A stretch of 64,000 nucleotides of DNA, from the IMG/VR virus record IMGVR_UViG_3300017761_005636, positions 14,693-78,692 of that record; one strand, given 5' to 3'. This DNA is from a virus (Duplodnaviria > Caudoviricetes). Numbering within the stretch: position 1 is the stretch's first letter; each line of letters starts with the position of its first letter. Shown one piece after another: positions 46,769 through 57,729 of this stretch. Under the pieces are notes generated by a model. That model did not search any database and had not been told where the DNA came from. It saw only the letters and a list, made by a program, of their open reading frames with translations. Both the position numbers and the translations under genes were made by a program.

Positions 46769-47569
46769 ATGAATAAAAACTATTTCAAGTTTTCCCTCTC
46801 TTATAGAGACAAAGTTGTATCGGAAAGAATTTTTGATGCTGATTGTTATAATCCACAAATTAGACAAATGGTCAATATCAAGGATTTAGTTCCTGAAATC
46901 CGTAAAGTTTTACAAAAGGTATTATCAACACCAAGTCAAAAACTTTCAAATGAGTATTATACTGGTTTTAATAAAAACAATAAACCTGTCACAATTAAGA
47001 TTGATGATTTAAAAGATAAGAAACTTAATCATAGATTTCAATATCTTAAAGAAAAGCATAAAACAAACACATCCTCTATTAAGGATAAAAATATTAATAA
47101 GGTTTCAATTGAAAGTAATCTTAGTAAGATTAATGACAAGTATATGATTGTTATTTCTTTGAGAGATGGTTCTACTGAACTTTTTTACAAGAAAAATATT
47201 CAAGTGCTTGAAGATTCTGTTAAAGATGTACAAGCAAAATCAAGTATTCCTTTTGCAAATATTAGACAAATTGAATTTGTTGAAGAACTTCAATTCGACT
47301 TTGCACTTTACTTTAATGATAATTATGTCATTCAAAGAAAGTTTACTGTTTTTAATTTTAATCCTGATTCTTTTCTTTCCGAAGAATTTATCAGAATCAA
47401 TAATGACATTTGCAATGTGATTAAAAATCATATTAAAAAAGAAGATATTAAAATGCAATATGCTGATTATGAAATTATGCAAAAACATGATATATCTTTC
47501 AATGATTTGAAGGTATTATCTCAAGATGAGAAGAAAAAACTTCTTAGAATGGATTACATCCTAAATTAA
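46769..47569 (+). CDS. Hypothetical protein with internally duplicated motif
   Basis: FKFSLSYRDKVVSERIFDADCYNP at the N-terminus versus FDFALYFNDNYVIQRKFTVFNFNP near the C-terminus. Confidence 0.6.
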   Translation: MNKNYFKFSLSYRDKVVSERIFDADCYNPQIRQMVNIKDLVPEIRKVLQKVLSTPSQKLSNEYYTGFNKNNKPVTIKIDDLKDKKLNHRFQYLKEKHKTNTSSIKDKNINKVSIESNLSKINDKYMIVISLRDGSTELFYKKNIQVLEDSVKDVQAKSSIPFANIRQIEFVEELQFDFALYFNDNYVIQRKFTVFNFNPDSFLSEEFIRINNDICNVIKNHIKKEDIKMQYADYEIMQKHDISFNDLKVLSQDEKKKLLRMDYILN

Positions 47570-47599
47570 TTTTAAACTTTTAATTTTTTATTAACAATA

Positions 47600-49054
47600 A
47601 TGCGTAATAACATGTTATCGCTAGGTTCTGATAGACATCAGAGAAGAATACTATTTCATATTTTTTATAGTGACTTCCCTAAAGATGTTATTCTAAAACT
47701 AGAATCGAGTCATTTTACAGAAGAAAAACATAAAATTATTTTTTCATTAATTAAACAATATGTAGAAGAATATACCAATCTTCCCACATTAAGAAACATT
47801 GGTGAAATTATTAAAGCAAATAAAAATCATACAAAAGAACAAAAAGATGCTTGGATAAATGAGTTATCTAGCATCCATAAAGATTATAAAAATCTTCTTG
47901 ATGGAAATGAAAGAAATGATTTTGATTTCATTAAAAAAACAACAAATGCATTTATTCAGGTTCAAGAACTGAAGAATCTTTCAGAAGGTGATATTAGAAA
48001 TATTGTTGAAAGCAATGATTTACTATTACTTGATAAAGTCCTTGAAAAAATGCGTAAAATCATTAACATCGGTACTGAAGATGAAGACCCTGATGATATT
48101 GATGATATTGATGAAACACTCTTTACACAGCGTTATAGAGACTTTATTCAAACAGGTCTTGCAGAGGTTGATAAAATTATTACAGGACTACCAAAGGGTA
48201 AATTAGGTATTCTTATTGCAGGTCAAGGTGTGGGTAAGTCTACTGTTCTTGCAAGTTTTTCTGTTAATGCTTTTAAACAAGGTAAAAAAGTATTACATAT
48301 TATCTTTGGTGAAAACGAAACTAGAGATATCAAATTACTTGTATCAACTGCATTGACAGGTATCTCTTTTAGAGATGCTCAAAAGAATCCTGAAAAAGCA
48401 GCAAAAAGAGCAAATGAGGAAATTGAAAAGATTAAATCAAAACAACTTGGCCTAATCAAAATAAAAAGATTCCCATCGAGCGAAATGACAGTTCCTAAGT
48501 TGAAGAATTGGGTTATTAAGTATCAACAAAAGGTTGGTTATAAATTTGACCAAATCAATATTGACTATGTTGATGAGATGATTTCACATCTTTCAAATCA
48601 AAATAATCCATATCAAGGTGAAAAAGAAGTTGTTGGAGGTATTTTGGATATGCTTGTTGAGTTTGATATCTGCGGATGGACAGCAACACAAGCAAAAAAA
48701 GAATCTAATAACAAAAAACGACTCGATTTGAATGATTCAGGTGGTTCTGTTGCTAAAGTAAAGAAAGCACAAGTAGTTATTACCATTGGTCGTGATTCGG
48801 ATGATAGAAATAATAATCGTGCTACATTCCACTTAGCAAAATCAAACATCTCTCCATCAGGACATTATTTTGAGGATTCTACTTTTGATACTGCTCATAT
48901 GAGATTTGAATTAACTCCACCAACAGGTTCAGTTATTGAAGAATTTGATGATGATGAGATTATTGATAGTGATTATGAAATTGTAGATAATAATAAACAA
49001 TTATTGACTGCAAATAGTAAACCATCCGAAATAGACCTGTTAAAATCTTTATGA
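47600..49054 (+). CDS. dnaB: Replicative DNA helicase (DnaB / T4 gp41-like)
   Basis: GLPKGKLGILIAGQGVGKST Walker A, IDYVD Walker B, WTATQ and LAKSN. Confidence 0.9.
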   Translation: MRNNMLSLGSDRHQRRILFHIFYSDFPKDVILKLESSHFTEEKHKIIFSLIKQYVEEYTNLPTLRNIGEIIKANKNHTKEQKDAWINELSSIHKDYKNLLDGNERNDFDFIKKTTNAFIQVQELKNLSEGDIRNIVESNDLLLLDKVLEKMRKIINIGTEDEDPDDIDDIDETLFTQRYRDFIQTGLAEVDKIITGLPKGKLGILIAGQGVGKSTVLASFSVNAFKQGKKVLHIIFGENETRDIKLLVSTALTGISFRDAQKNPEKAAKRANEEIEKIKSKQLGLIKIKRFPSSEMTVPKLKNWVIKYQQKVGYKFDQINIDYVDEMISHLSNQNNPYQGEKEVVGGILDMLVEFDICGWTATQAKKESNNKKRLDLNDSGGSVAKVKKAQVVITIGRDSDDRNNNRATFHLAKSNISPSGHYFEDSTFDTAHMRFELTPPTGSVIEEFDDDEIIDSDYEIVDNNKQLLTANSKPSEIDLLKSL

Positions 49055-49422
49055 TAGATGACAATCTATACTTTTATAGAACAAAAACACCCTCAACAAA
49101 AGAGGGTGTTCTTGCTTTACAAAGATGGAAAGAAGATTTAATGCTTGATTTGCCAAATGAACATATGGCATTGAAGCTTGAATCAATGCATAATTATATT
49201 TATGATAATTTTTATAATAGAAAGGAACTTAGAAATTCAAAAAGAGTTATAAATTTTATTTATGATTTGTTTTTTGAACTTTATAGTAGAAATAATTATT
49301 TAAATCAAATATATTTAGTCAAATCTTTTGATAGATTTATATCTGACCATAAACATGTTTTATACTCTTATGAAGAAGAAAAAATCGTATTATATTTAAA
49401 TATTTTTATTGAAAGTTTTTGA
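49051..49422 (+). CDS. Hypothetical protein
   Basis: 123 aa; ATGA overlap with the helicase stop codon. Confidence 0.55.
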   Translation: MIDDNLYFYRTKTPSTKEGVLALQRWKEDLMLDLPNEHMALKLESMHNYIYDNFYNRKELRNSKRVINFIYDLFFELYSRNNYLNQIYLVKSFDRFISDHKHVLYSYEEEKIVLYLNIFIESF

Positions 49423-49426
49423 CAAT

Positions 49427-49738
49427 ATGGAAAAAGTTATTAGAGATGGAAAAGTTGCTGTGCTAATATCTCAAGGATGGGGCGCAGGTTGGTATACTTG
49501 GCATAGAGATAATCAAGAATTATTGTTTAGTCCCAAATTGGTTGAAATGGTAGAACAAAATAAAAGAAATGAAATTAATGACCAATGGATTCTTGAAAAT
49601 TTAGGCATTGATATGTATGCAGGTGGTTCTGATGGGTTAGAAATTCATTGGTTACCAATTGGTACAATATTTTGTATTGAAGAATATGATGGTTTTGAAA
49701 CCATACGAACCATTGAAGATTTAGTATTAACAGCTTAA
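49427..49738 (+). CDS. Hypothetical protein
   Basis: KVAVLISQGWGAGWYTW...IEEYDGFE; start moved to the ATG at 49427. Confidence 0.6.
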   Translation: MEKVIRDGKVAVLISQGWGAGWYTWHRDNQELLFSPKLVEMVEQNKRNEINDQWILENLGIDMYAGGSDGLEIHWLPIGTIFCIEEYDGFETIRTIEDLVLTA

Positions 49739-49741
49739 AAT

Positions 49742-50695
49742 ATGAAAATTTATTATTATTGCCCAAATCTGAATCATCCTTCAGGTGGTATGGGTGTTTT
49801 ATTCAAGCAAGCAAAGATTCTTGCTGATAATGGTTATGATGTTACACTTCTTTATGAAGGTCAAGAGACATTCAATCCAACTTGGATGGAATTTAGTATT
49901 GAACATATTCCAAAGGTTAGAATTAACCACCTAGACAGCTTTAAAATCAACTCAAATGATTTATTGGTAATACCAGAAGGTTTTGGTTATTTGATTGATT
50001 CTACCAAGAATATGAAGTGCAAGAGAACAGTTCTTGCACAGAGTTGGATTTATATTTATACATCAATGCCAAGAGCAAAGTCTTGGAAAGAATCAGGTAT
50101 TGAAAGGGTAATTAGTGTTTCACAAGGTATTACTGAATATATTCAAAAGTATATGCCAAGAATTGAGGTTGACCAATACAAACAATCCATAAGTCCAATA
50201 TTTAAATCAAATTTAGATAAAGAATTCAAAGTTTGTTATTCATCCTCAAGGTCAAATACTCAACAGATGAATACATTAAATCTTATTAATATTCTTAAAT
50301 CATCAGATAAGAGATTAAGAAATGTTCAATTTATTGAATTAAAGGGAATGTCAAAACAACAATTTGCAAATGAACTTGCTAATTGTGCTTTTTGTCTTTA
50401 TACAGATGAAATTGCAGGATTTGGAACACTTCCATTAGAAGCAATGGCTTGCAATACACATGTTGTTGGTTTCTCAAACATTGGTAATAAAGAATATGTA
50501 AGAGACAGTAATGGATTTTGGTGTCAAAATGGTGACTATCATACACTTACTGATAATATTATCACAGAATTAAATAGATTTCTTGATGGTTATGAATATG
50601 ATGGTTTGTGTCTTCACGAAATAAATACTTCTTCACAATATAATGAACCGCAGGAAAAAGAACGTATTTTAGATATATTTGAAACTTTTAAATAA
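49742..50695 (+). CDS. GT-B (GT4-like) glycosyltransferase
   Basis: NHPSGGMGV...LADNG N-terminal motif; GFGTLPLEAMAC donor-binding motif. Confidence 0.8.
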   Translation: MKIYYYCPNLNHPSGGMGVLFKQAKILADNGYDVTLLYEGQETFNPTWMEFSIEHIPKVRINHLDSFKINSNDLLVIPEGFGYLIDSTKNMKCKRTVLAQSWIYIYTSMPRAKSWKESGIERVISVSQGITEYIQKYMPRIEVDQYKQSISPIFKSNLDKEFKVCYSSSRSNTQQMNTLNLINILKSSDKRLRNVQFIELKGMSKQQFANELANCAFCLYTDEIAGFGTLPLEAMACNTHVVGFSNIGNKEYVRDSNGFWCQNGDYHTLTDNIITELNRFLDGYEYDGLCLHEINTSSQYNEPQEKERILDIFETFK

Positions 50696-50699
50696 AACT

Positions 50700-51539
50700 A
50701 TGCTGCTAAATTTAATCATTTTTTCAAAAGACAGAGCAATGCAACTTCATTTATTGCTTGAGTCTATTTTATTAAATTTTAATGTTGAGGATTATAAATT
50801 GAATATTCTCTATAAAGCATCAAATGATGAATACAATAGAGGATATAATATGATTAGAGATTTATATCCACAATTTTTATATAAAAGAGAAGAGAATTTT
50901 AAATCTGATTTAATGTCATTTTTCAATAATTCTGAATATACAGTTTTTTTAACTGATGATGATATTATATATCAGTCTCTTAAATTGAATAATGATGAGT
51001 TGCATAATATTTTTATGTTAACAGAAGCAAATTGTTTTTCATTGCGTTTGGGATTGAATACTGTTAATTGTTATACAATGCAAAGATTGAATAAATTGGA
51101 AAATTTTAATAAACATTCATTTTTTCATGACACAGATTTAATTGAACCAGTTATTTCTTGGAAAGTAAAAGATGGCACAAATGATTATGCATATCCTATG
51201 TCTGTTGATGGTCATATTTTTAAAACTGAATACATCAAGAATCTTTGTGAAGTTTTAGAATATACAAACCCTAATTTATTTGAAGGGTTTTTGTCAAATT
51301 TTGGGAAACCTGAAATGATAATTTCATCATATGAACATAGTAAGTTAGTTAATTCACCAATTAATAGAGTTCAAGATACATTTCAAAATTTATCAGGAAT
51401 GAAATATAAATATTCAGTTGAAGATTTGAATGAAATGTATCTGGATGGTCTTATTTTAAATCTTGAAAAAATGAATTTCAATGAAATCACAGGATGCCAT
51501 CAAGAAATTCAACCTATTTTTAAATTAAATGAAGAATAA
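50700..51539 (+). CDS. GT-A-like glycosyltransferase
   Basis: IIFSKDRAMQL and a DDD (FLTDDDII) metal-binding motif. Confidence 0.65.
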   Translation: MLLNLIIFSKDRAMQLHLLLESILLNFNVEDYKLNILYKASNDEYNRGYNMIRDLYPQFLYKREENFKSDLMSFFNNSEYTVFLTDDDIIYQSLKLNNDELHNIFMLTEANCFSLRLGLNTVNCYTMQRLNKLENFNKHSFFHDTDLIEPVISWKVKDGTNDYAYPMSVDGHIFKTEYIKNLCEVLEYTNPNLFEGFLSNFGKPEMIISSYEHSKLVNSPINRVQDTFQNLSGMKYKYSVEDLNEMYLDGLILNLEKMNFNEITGCHQEIQPIFKLNEE

Positions 51540-52257
51540 TTTTTTAATAGTATGTTTTTTTTATAATGCTGCTGAATACATTGAAAAATGTATTGGCTCA
51601 ATTATATCACAAGATTATCAAAACTATCGTGTTCTTTTTGTTGATGATGCATCAACTGATAATGGATTTGATTTAATTGATGATGATGAAAGTTTCATAA
51701 AAATTAAAAACCAAGAAAATAAAGGTTTATTGTATAATTATGCAACATATCTTCAATTATATGCAAATGAGGATGATATTATAATTGTATTAGATGGGGA
51801 TGATTCTTTATATGGCAATAAAGTACTTTCTTATTTAAATGATTTTTATAATGAACATAATTGTTTAGTTACATATGGACAATCATTATGGACAGATGGT
51901 AGAAAAGGATTTGCAAGACCTTACACAGAATCAGAATTTACAAATCTTAGAAAAACACAATTTTTAGCATCACATCTTAGAACATTTAAATACGAATGTT
52001 TTAAAGAATTAATGAATCAAGACCCAAATTTTGATTGTTTTAAGGATAAAAATGGAGATTTTTATATGATGGCAGGTGATGTTGCAACAATGTATCCAAT
52101 TATGGAAATTGCAGGTTTTGAAAAAGTGAAATATATTGATAAAATATTATATCTTTATAACATACATAATCCATTATCTGACCATATGAAAAATCAACAA
52201 CTTCAATGGTCAATTAATAGTGAAATTAATAATAAGAAAAAATTTAAAACTTTATGA
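51529..52257 (+). CDS. GT2 family glycosyltransferase
   Basis: YNAAEYIEKCIGSIISQDY, FVDDASTD, VLDGDD. Confidence 0.9.
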   Translation: MKNNFLIVCFFYNAAEYIEKCIGSIISQDYQNYRVLFVDDASTDNGFDLIDDDESFIKIKNQENKGLLYNYATYLQLYANEDDIIIVLDGDDSLYGNKVLSYLNDFYNEHNCLVTYGQSLWTDGRKGFARPYTESEFTNLRKTQFLASHLRTFKYECFKELMNQDPNFDCFKDKNGDFYMMAGDVATMYPIMEIAGFEKVKYIDKILYLYNIHNPLSDHMKNQQLQWSINSEINNKKKFKTL

Positions 52258-52865
52258 TACTAGATTTTAATCAACTTTTAAGAAAATACAATATGGACAT
52301 CAAGGGCATTATCCATATTGGTGGTCATTATGGTGAAGAACATTCTCTTTACAAACAAAACAATATAAAAAATATTGTATATTTTGAACCATTAAAATCA
52401 AATTTTGAGGTATTAAAAAATAATGTAAAAGATGATGCATTGCTATACAATATTGCATTAGGTAATGATGATTGTGATATTGAAATGAATGTTGAAACAG
52501 CAAATAATGGACAATCATCTTCAATTTTAGAACCCGATTTACATCTTTTACAATATCCTAGTATTGTTTTTGATAAAAAAGAAACAGTACAAATGAAAAA
52601 ACTTGATAATGTTGGATTAGAAAATAATTACAACTTTATCAATATAGATGTTCAAGGATATGAACTTGAAGTTTTTAAAGGTGCTGAAAACACACTAAAA
52701 AACATTGATTATATTATCTCAGAAATTAATAGGGCTGATGTTTATAAAAATTGTGCAAAAATTGAAGAACTTTGCGACTTTTTAGGAAGATTTGGTTTTA
52801 AATTAGTTGAAGAAAATTGGTTAGGCCAAACTTGGGGTGATGGTTTATTTATTAAAAAATTCTAA
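52254..52865 (+). CDS. FkbM-family methyltransferase
   Basis: IHIGGHYGEE, YFEP, NIDVQGYELEVFKGA. Confidence 0.88.
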   Translation: MILDFNQLLRKYNMDIKGIIHIGGHYGEEHSLYKQNNIKNIVYFEPLKSNFEVLKNNVKDDALLYNIALGNDDCDIEMNVETANNGQSSSILEPDLHLLQYPSIVFDKKETVQMKKLDNVGLENNYNFINIDVQGYELEVFKGAENTLKNIDYIISEINRADVYKNCAKIEELCDFLGRFGFKLVEENWLGQTWGDGLFIKKF

Positions 52866-52870
52866 ATACA

Positions 52871-53563
52871 ATGGCATTATATCATCAACTTGAACAAAAT
52901 GAAATTGATATAGTAAATTATCTACATCAAACCAATACAAATGAAAACTTAACAGTATTTGATGTTGGGGCAAATAGAGGTTTATTTATTGATTTATTTT
53001 TAAACAAATTCAAAAATATAAAAATACATTCATTTGAACCAATAACAAATCTTTTTGATAATTTATCTTTAAAATATAAAGATAATCAAAATGTTATATT
53101 AAATAAACTTGGAATCTCAGATGATGAAAAAACACTTGAATTCTGTGAATTAATAAATCCTGTCACAGATGGTTGTTCATCACTTATAGAAAGACCTGTT
53201 TTTAAAGAAATGGGATGGGAATATAAAAAATATGAAATACCAACAATAAGTATTGATAAATATTGTTTAGATAATAATATTTCATATGTTGATTTTATTA
53301 AGATTGATGTTGAAGGTGCTGAAATGATGGTATTAAAAGGTTGTCAACAATTATTTCAAAATAATGCAATAAATCTTATCCATTTTGAATATGGTAATAC
53401 ATTTCAAGATGCTGGTATTACATTATATGATGTTAAAGATTTTGTTGAAAAATATGGTTATAATATTTATTATTTTGAAGATAATAAATTCAATAAAATT
53501 GATACTTTAAATATCAAACAATACGCAAAAATTAGTATTGTTAATTTTGTTATTAAAAAATAA
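52871..53563 (+). CDS. FkbM-family methyltransferase
   Basis: FDVGANRG, SFEP, IKIDVEGAEMMVLKG. Confidence 0.9.
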   Translation: MALYHQLEQNEIDIVNYLHQTNTNENLTVFDVGANRGLFIDLFLNKFKNIKIHSFEPITNLFDNLSLKYKDNQNVILNKLGISDDEKTLEFCELINPVTDGCSSLIERPVFKEMGWEYKKYEIPTISIDKYCLDNNISYVDFIKIDVEGAEMMVLKGCQQLFQNNAINLIHFEYGNTFQDAGITLYDVKDFVEKYGYNIYYFEDNKFNKIDTLNIKQYAKISIVNFVIKK

Positions 53564-53569
53564 ATAATT

Positions 53570-54310
53570 ATGGAAAAAATAAGTCTTTGCATACCAAATT
53601 ATACTAGAACACATTTTCTTATAGAATCTTTCAATAAGGTTATTAATGATGATAGAATCAGCGAAATTATTATTAATGACGATTGTTCTTCAAATTTTGA
53701 AGAAGCAATTAAACTATTAGAAGATTTAAATTCCAATAAAATAAAAATCTTTAGAAATGAAGTAAATTTAGGTCCAATGTTTAATAAATTGGAAACAATA
53801 AAAAAAGCATCTAATGAATTTTGCATCTTGTTAGATTCAGATAATGTCATCTCTAAAGAATATCTTGATACTATCTATTCTCAAGAATGGTCAAAACATA
53901 AAATAATTTGTCCTGAATTATTAATACATCATGAAGAAAATATATGGAATCAAAAAGATGTATTTATTCCTTATACTGATTTTTTAAATATAAAGATTGA
54001 TTTTCAATATGTAAAAAATTGTATTTTAAATGGTAAAAATATAGAAACATTACTAAATACAGGTAATTTTTTTGTTAATAAAGATATGTATGTAAATTCA
54101 TTTGTAAATAATACATTTGATAGAAGTGTAGATGTTTGTGATGTTTGTTTTTTTTCTTATTTATTTTTATTATTTGATAATCAAAATTATTTAGAAGTTT
54201 GTAAGGGTTTAAATTATGTACATAGAGTACATAATGGAAGTTTTTATCTGAATAACGCACATAATGGGGCATTACAATTAGGAATTTTAAGACAAAATTT
54301 TATCAAATAA
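53570..54310 (+). CDS. GT2-like glycosyltransferase
   Basis: ISLCIPNY, IIINDDCS, N-x-G-x-x-x-N, ILLDSDN. Confidence 0.82.
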   Translation: MEKISLCIPNYTRTHFLIESFNKVINDDRISEIIINDDCSSNFEEAIKLLEDLNSNKIKIFRNEVNLGPMFNKLETIKKASNEFCILLDSDNVISKEYLDTIYSQEWSKHKIICPELLIHHEENIWNQKDVFIPYTDFLNIKIDFQYVKNCILNGKNIETLLNTGNFFVNKDMYVNSFVNNTFDRSVDVCDVCFFSYLFLLFDNQNYLEVCKGLNYVHRVHNGSFYLNNAHNGALQLGILRQNFIK

Positions 54311-54314
54311 AAAT

Positions 54315-55154
54315 ATGATACTTCAGTCACCTGATTTTTTAAGAGTAAATATTAATACAATTTATCCACCTTATAATAGTGTTCTTTTTGAAGAATATTT
54401 TTATAGAGAATTTGTATCTAATAATGAAATTACAAATAGAATTTATATACCTGCATTTTGGACAAGTCTATATGTTAATAGAAATTATGGACATGGTGAT
54501 TTATCTGATATACAGAATTTTATTGATAATTTAGATAGAAATCAAAAATATTTTACAATTGTTCAATATGATGATAATATTTTAAATGATTTTAAAGATT
54601 TAGATATTAAAATATTTACTATGGGTGGTCATGGAAAATATAAAGATAAGTCATATCCAATTCCATTAAATTGTTTACCTCCTAAAGGTCTACAAATTAT
54701 GAATAAAGATATTTTAGGGTCTTTTATTGGTAGTATAAATGGTAGACATATTATTAGAGAAAAAATGGCAAATGTTTTAAAAGACAATAATAAATATATT
54801 ATTTCTGAACATATAAGTTACCCTCAATTTAGAGAAATAATGTCAAGAAGCATTTTTTCATTATGTCCAAGAGGTTACGGTCAAACATCTTTTAGAATTT
54901 GTGAAGCATTACAAGTTCAATCTATTCCTGTTTATATTTATGATGAACCATTAATTCCGTTTTATACTGAATTTGATTTTAATGATATCGGAATCTTGAT
55001 TCATGAAAGTGAGATTGATAAAATTGATGAAATCTTATCTTCAAAAACTTCAGAAGATATTCAAAATTATGTTAATAATGGAATTAAAATTTATAATGAA
55101 TTTTTTGATTATAAAGGATGTTATAAAGCAATAATTAAAATACTAAATAAGTAA
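54315..55154 (+). CDS. Exostosin-family (GT47-like) glycosyltransferase
   Basis: SIFSLCPRGYGQTSFRICEALQVQSIPVYI...LIPF. Confidence 0.82.
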   Translation: MILQSPDFLRVNINTIYPPYNSVLFEEYFYREFVSNNEITNRIYIPAFWTSLYVNRNYGHGDLSDIQNFIDNLDRNQKYFTIVQYDDNILNDFKDLDIKIFTMGGHGKYKDKSYPIPLNCLPPKGLQIMNKDILGSFIGSINGRHIIREKMANVLKDNNKYIISEHISYPQFREIMSRSIFSLCPRGYGQTSFRICEALQVQSIPVYIYDEPLIPFYTEFDFNDIGILIHESEIDKIDEILSSKTSEDIQNYVNNGIKIYNEFFDYKGCYKAIIKILNK

Positions 55155-55158
55155 AAAA

Positions 55159-55758
55159 ATGATAAAAGAAGAAAAAAAAAATATTGAGGATGATTTTATT
55201 AAAAAATATCCTGAAGTGGTGTTAACATCTTGGGGTGATAGTCACAATAAAATTACAAAAATCATCAATGAAAATAATTATAAAATTGGTGTTGAAATTG
55301 GTGTAGCATATGGTGGTCACTCAACAAGCATATTAGAAACAACTAATGTAGACAAATTATATGGCATTGACCCATATATGAATTATGATGCCTATAAAGG
55401 TGATACACAATGTTTTGAAAATACTAAAATCAATGACTTACATGATTTTGTTAAACTTAGAATGTCATTTTATGATAATAGATTTGAACTTGTTAGAAAA
55501 TTGTCACACGAATGTTCTGATATGTTTGAAAATGAATCTTTAGATTTTGTATATATTGATGGCAATCATTATGAAGAATATGTAAAAAGAGACATTGAAA
55601 TTTGGTGGGATAAAGTAAAAAAGGGTGGGATTTTATCAGGACACGATTACAACCATCCTTCATTTCCATACGTTACAACTAGTGTAAATGATTTTTTTTC
55701 TAAGTTAAACAAAGAAGTAAATTACTTAGAATCACACGTTTGGTGTGTTTATAAATAA
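55159..55758 (+). CDS. Class I SAM methyltransferase (Methyltransf_24-like)
   Basis: GVEIGVAYG, LDFVYIDGNHYEE, GGILSGHDY. Confidence 0.85.
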   Translation: MIKEEKKNIEDDFIKKYPEVVLTSWGDSHNKITKIINENNYKIGVEIGVAYGGHSTSILETTNVDKLYGIDPYMNYDAYKGDTQCFENTKINDLHDFVKLRMSFYDNRFELVRKLSHECSDMFENESLDFVYIDGNHYEEYVKRDIEIWWDKVKKGGILSGHDYNHPSFPYVTTSVNDFFSKLNKEVNYLESHVWCVYK

Positions 55759-55762
55759 AAAA

Positions 55763-56518
55763 ATGAATTGTGATATAATAATAAAATCAAATAGTCATTA
55801 TTCACATTTATGGCCTATTATAAATGATACCACATCTCATTTTAATAAAGTATATTTATGTATAGATGATGATTTAGGTTTTAAATTTAATAATAATATT
55901 AATATTATAAAATATGATTTAAATTTATCATATCCATCTAGATTAATATCTATATTAGAAAATATAGATTCTGATTACATTTTATTAAGTCATGATGTTG
56001 ACATATTATTAAATTTTGATATTATTAAATATAATAAATATCTAAACATTATCAAAGATAATAATATAGATAGATTAAGTATGGGTGTATTTGTAGGAAA
56101 TGATATTATTGAAGATGGTATGTTAAAAATATGTAAATTAGAAAAACATATGAGTACTAATTTTTTAACTCCATATGATTATGCACCATCAATTTATAAT
56201 AGAATTAAAATTTTAGATTTTTATAAAAATTTCAGAACAGAAACTTATAAAAATTTGGAACATAATGAATTGGCTCAGTCATATATTAATGATAATTTAA
56301 ATTGTTATGGTATACAAAAAAATGAAAATTTAAAATTAATTTATCATAGAGGATTTGTATATACTTCTGATTTTAATTTTTTACATTTAACTATTTCAGG
56401 TAAATTTATGAATGAGGAAAATTATTTTGATTTAATAAGTGACTTTAATAAAATTAAAGATAAATATAATTTAAATCTACCTATAAAAAATTACAATTTA
56501 TCAAAACAGGAAATATGA
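55763..56518 (+). CDS. Hypothetical, possibly GT-A-like protein
   Basis: YPSRLISIL...YILLSHDVDIL (DxD-like) in the middle of the GT cluster. Confidence 0.45.
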   Translation: MNCDIIIKSNSHYSHLWPIINDTTSHFNKVYLCIDDDLGFKFNNNINIIKYDLNLSYPSRLISILENIDSDYILLSHDVDILLNFDIIKYNKYLNIIKDNNIDRLSMGVFVGNDIIEDGMLKICKLEKHMSTNFLTPYDYAPSIYNRIKILDFYKNFRTETYKNLEHNELAQSYINDNLNCYGIQKNENLKLIYHRGFVYTSDFNFLHLTISGKFMNEENYFDLISDFNKIKDKYNLNLPIKNYNLSKQEI

Positions 56519-56550
56519 TAAAATATATTGTTATTTACATATAGATAAAC

Positions 56551-57729
56551 ATGAAACTTTTTTTAAAAGATAATAATAGAGAAATTAATATTTACAAAAC
56601 AAAAAAAATTAAATTAATAGGTAATAATATATTTTACCCAAATTGCTTAATGTATTCATTAGATAATAATGAAATATATAAACCAATTAATGAAAATATC
56701 ATGTCATTATTAAATTTTGAAGATAACTATTCATTTAATATTGATATTACTTATAATAATATAATAAAATCTCCTGTATTTTTTTTTATTTACAATACAG
56801 ATAACTATTATCATTTTGTATATGATACATTACCTTATTTAATTTCTTTTTTTGAACTTAAAAAAGAGATTAAAAATCTTAAATTGTTAATGAATTATCC
56901 AAATATATCAAAAAATAAACATTATAAATTTGTGTTAGAATTTTTAGAAATATTAGGTATTAGCTATGATGACATAATTATAGGAAATCAAGACACTCTT
57001 TATAGTGAAGTTTATTTTTCTACATCATATACTCATGATTCAAAATCCAATTTACCACCAAGAAAAGAAATTTATGAATTTTATCAATCAATCGTAAATA
57101 AAGTAAAATCTAAAAATAAAATAGATAATTTACCCAAGAAAATATATGTTTCTAGAAGAACTTGGATTCATAATGATTTATCAAATATTGGTACAAATTA
57201 TACAACTAGAAGAAAACTTATAAATGAAGATGAATTAGTTAATAATCTTGAAAAAATAGGTTATAAAGAAATATTTACAGAAAAGTTATCAACTATTGAA
57301 AAAATACTAATGTTTGCACAAGCAGAATCAGTTATAGGTTCTATAGGTGGTGGTCTCTGTAATGTATTATTTTCTAATAAAAATACAAAATTATATGCAA
57401 TTATATCACCAACATTTTTAGATGTTAACTATAGATTTAAATATTCATTTTCAAATGTTAATACAGTATATTTTTATGAAACAAGTCATGTTGAAACTGA
57501 TAAGTTTAAAAAATATATCAGAGTTAAATTTAATAATTTTATTGGTGAAATAGAAGATATAAATAATGATGAAATTTTAATTTCATATGTTGACCAAAAA
57601 GTTGCAGGTTGGAATAGTGAAATGGAATTAAAAACAATTACTGCTAAAAAAGAAGAATGTGAATTATTGGACAATGGTTTAAATTCTGCGTGGCAAGTTA
57701 ATATACTAAAATTATTAGAGATTTTATGA
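56551..57729 (+). CDS. GT61 / DUF563-like glycosyltransferase
   Basis: NYYHFVYDTLP, KIYVSRR, RKLINEDEL, QAESVIGSIGGGLCNVLF. Confidence 0.8.
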   Translation: MKLFLKDNNREINIYKTKKIKLIGNNIFYPNCLMYSLDNNEIYKPINENIMSLLNFEDNYSFNIDITYNNIIKSPVFFFIYNTDNYYHFVYDTLPYLISFFELKKEIKNLKLLMNYPNISKNKHYKFVLEFLEILGISYDDIIIGNQDTLYSEVYFSTSYTHDSKSNLPPRKEIYEFYQSIVNKVKSKNKIDNLPKKIYVSRRTWIHNDLSNIGTNYTTRRKLINEDELVNNLEKIGYKEIFTEKLSTIEKILMFAQAESVIGSIGGGLCNVLFSNKNTKLYAIISPTFLDVNYRFKYSFSNVNTVYFYETSHVETDKFKKYIRVKFNNFIGEIEDINNDEILISYVDQKVAGWNSEMELKTITAKKEECELLDNGLNSAWQVNILKLLEIL

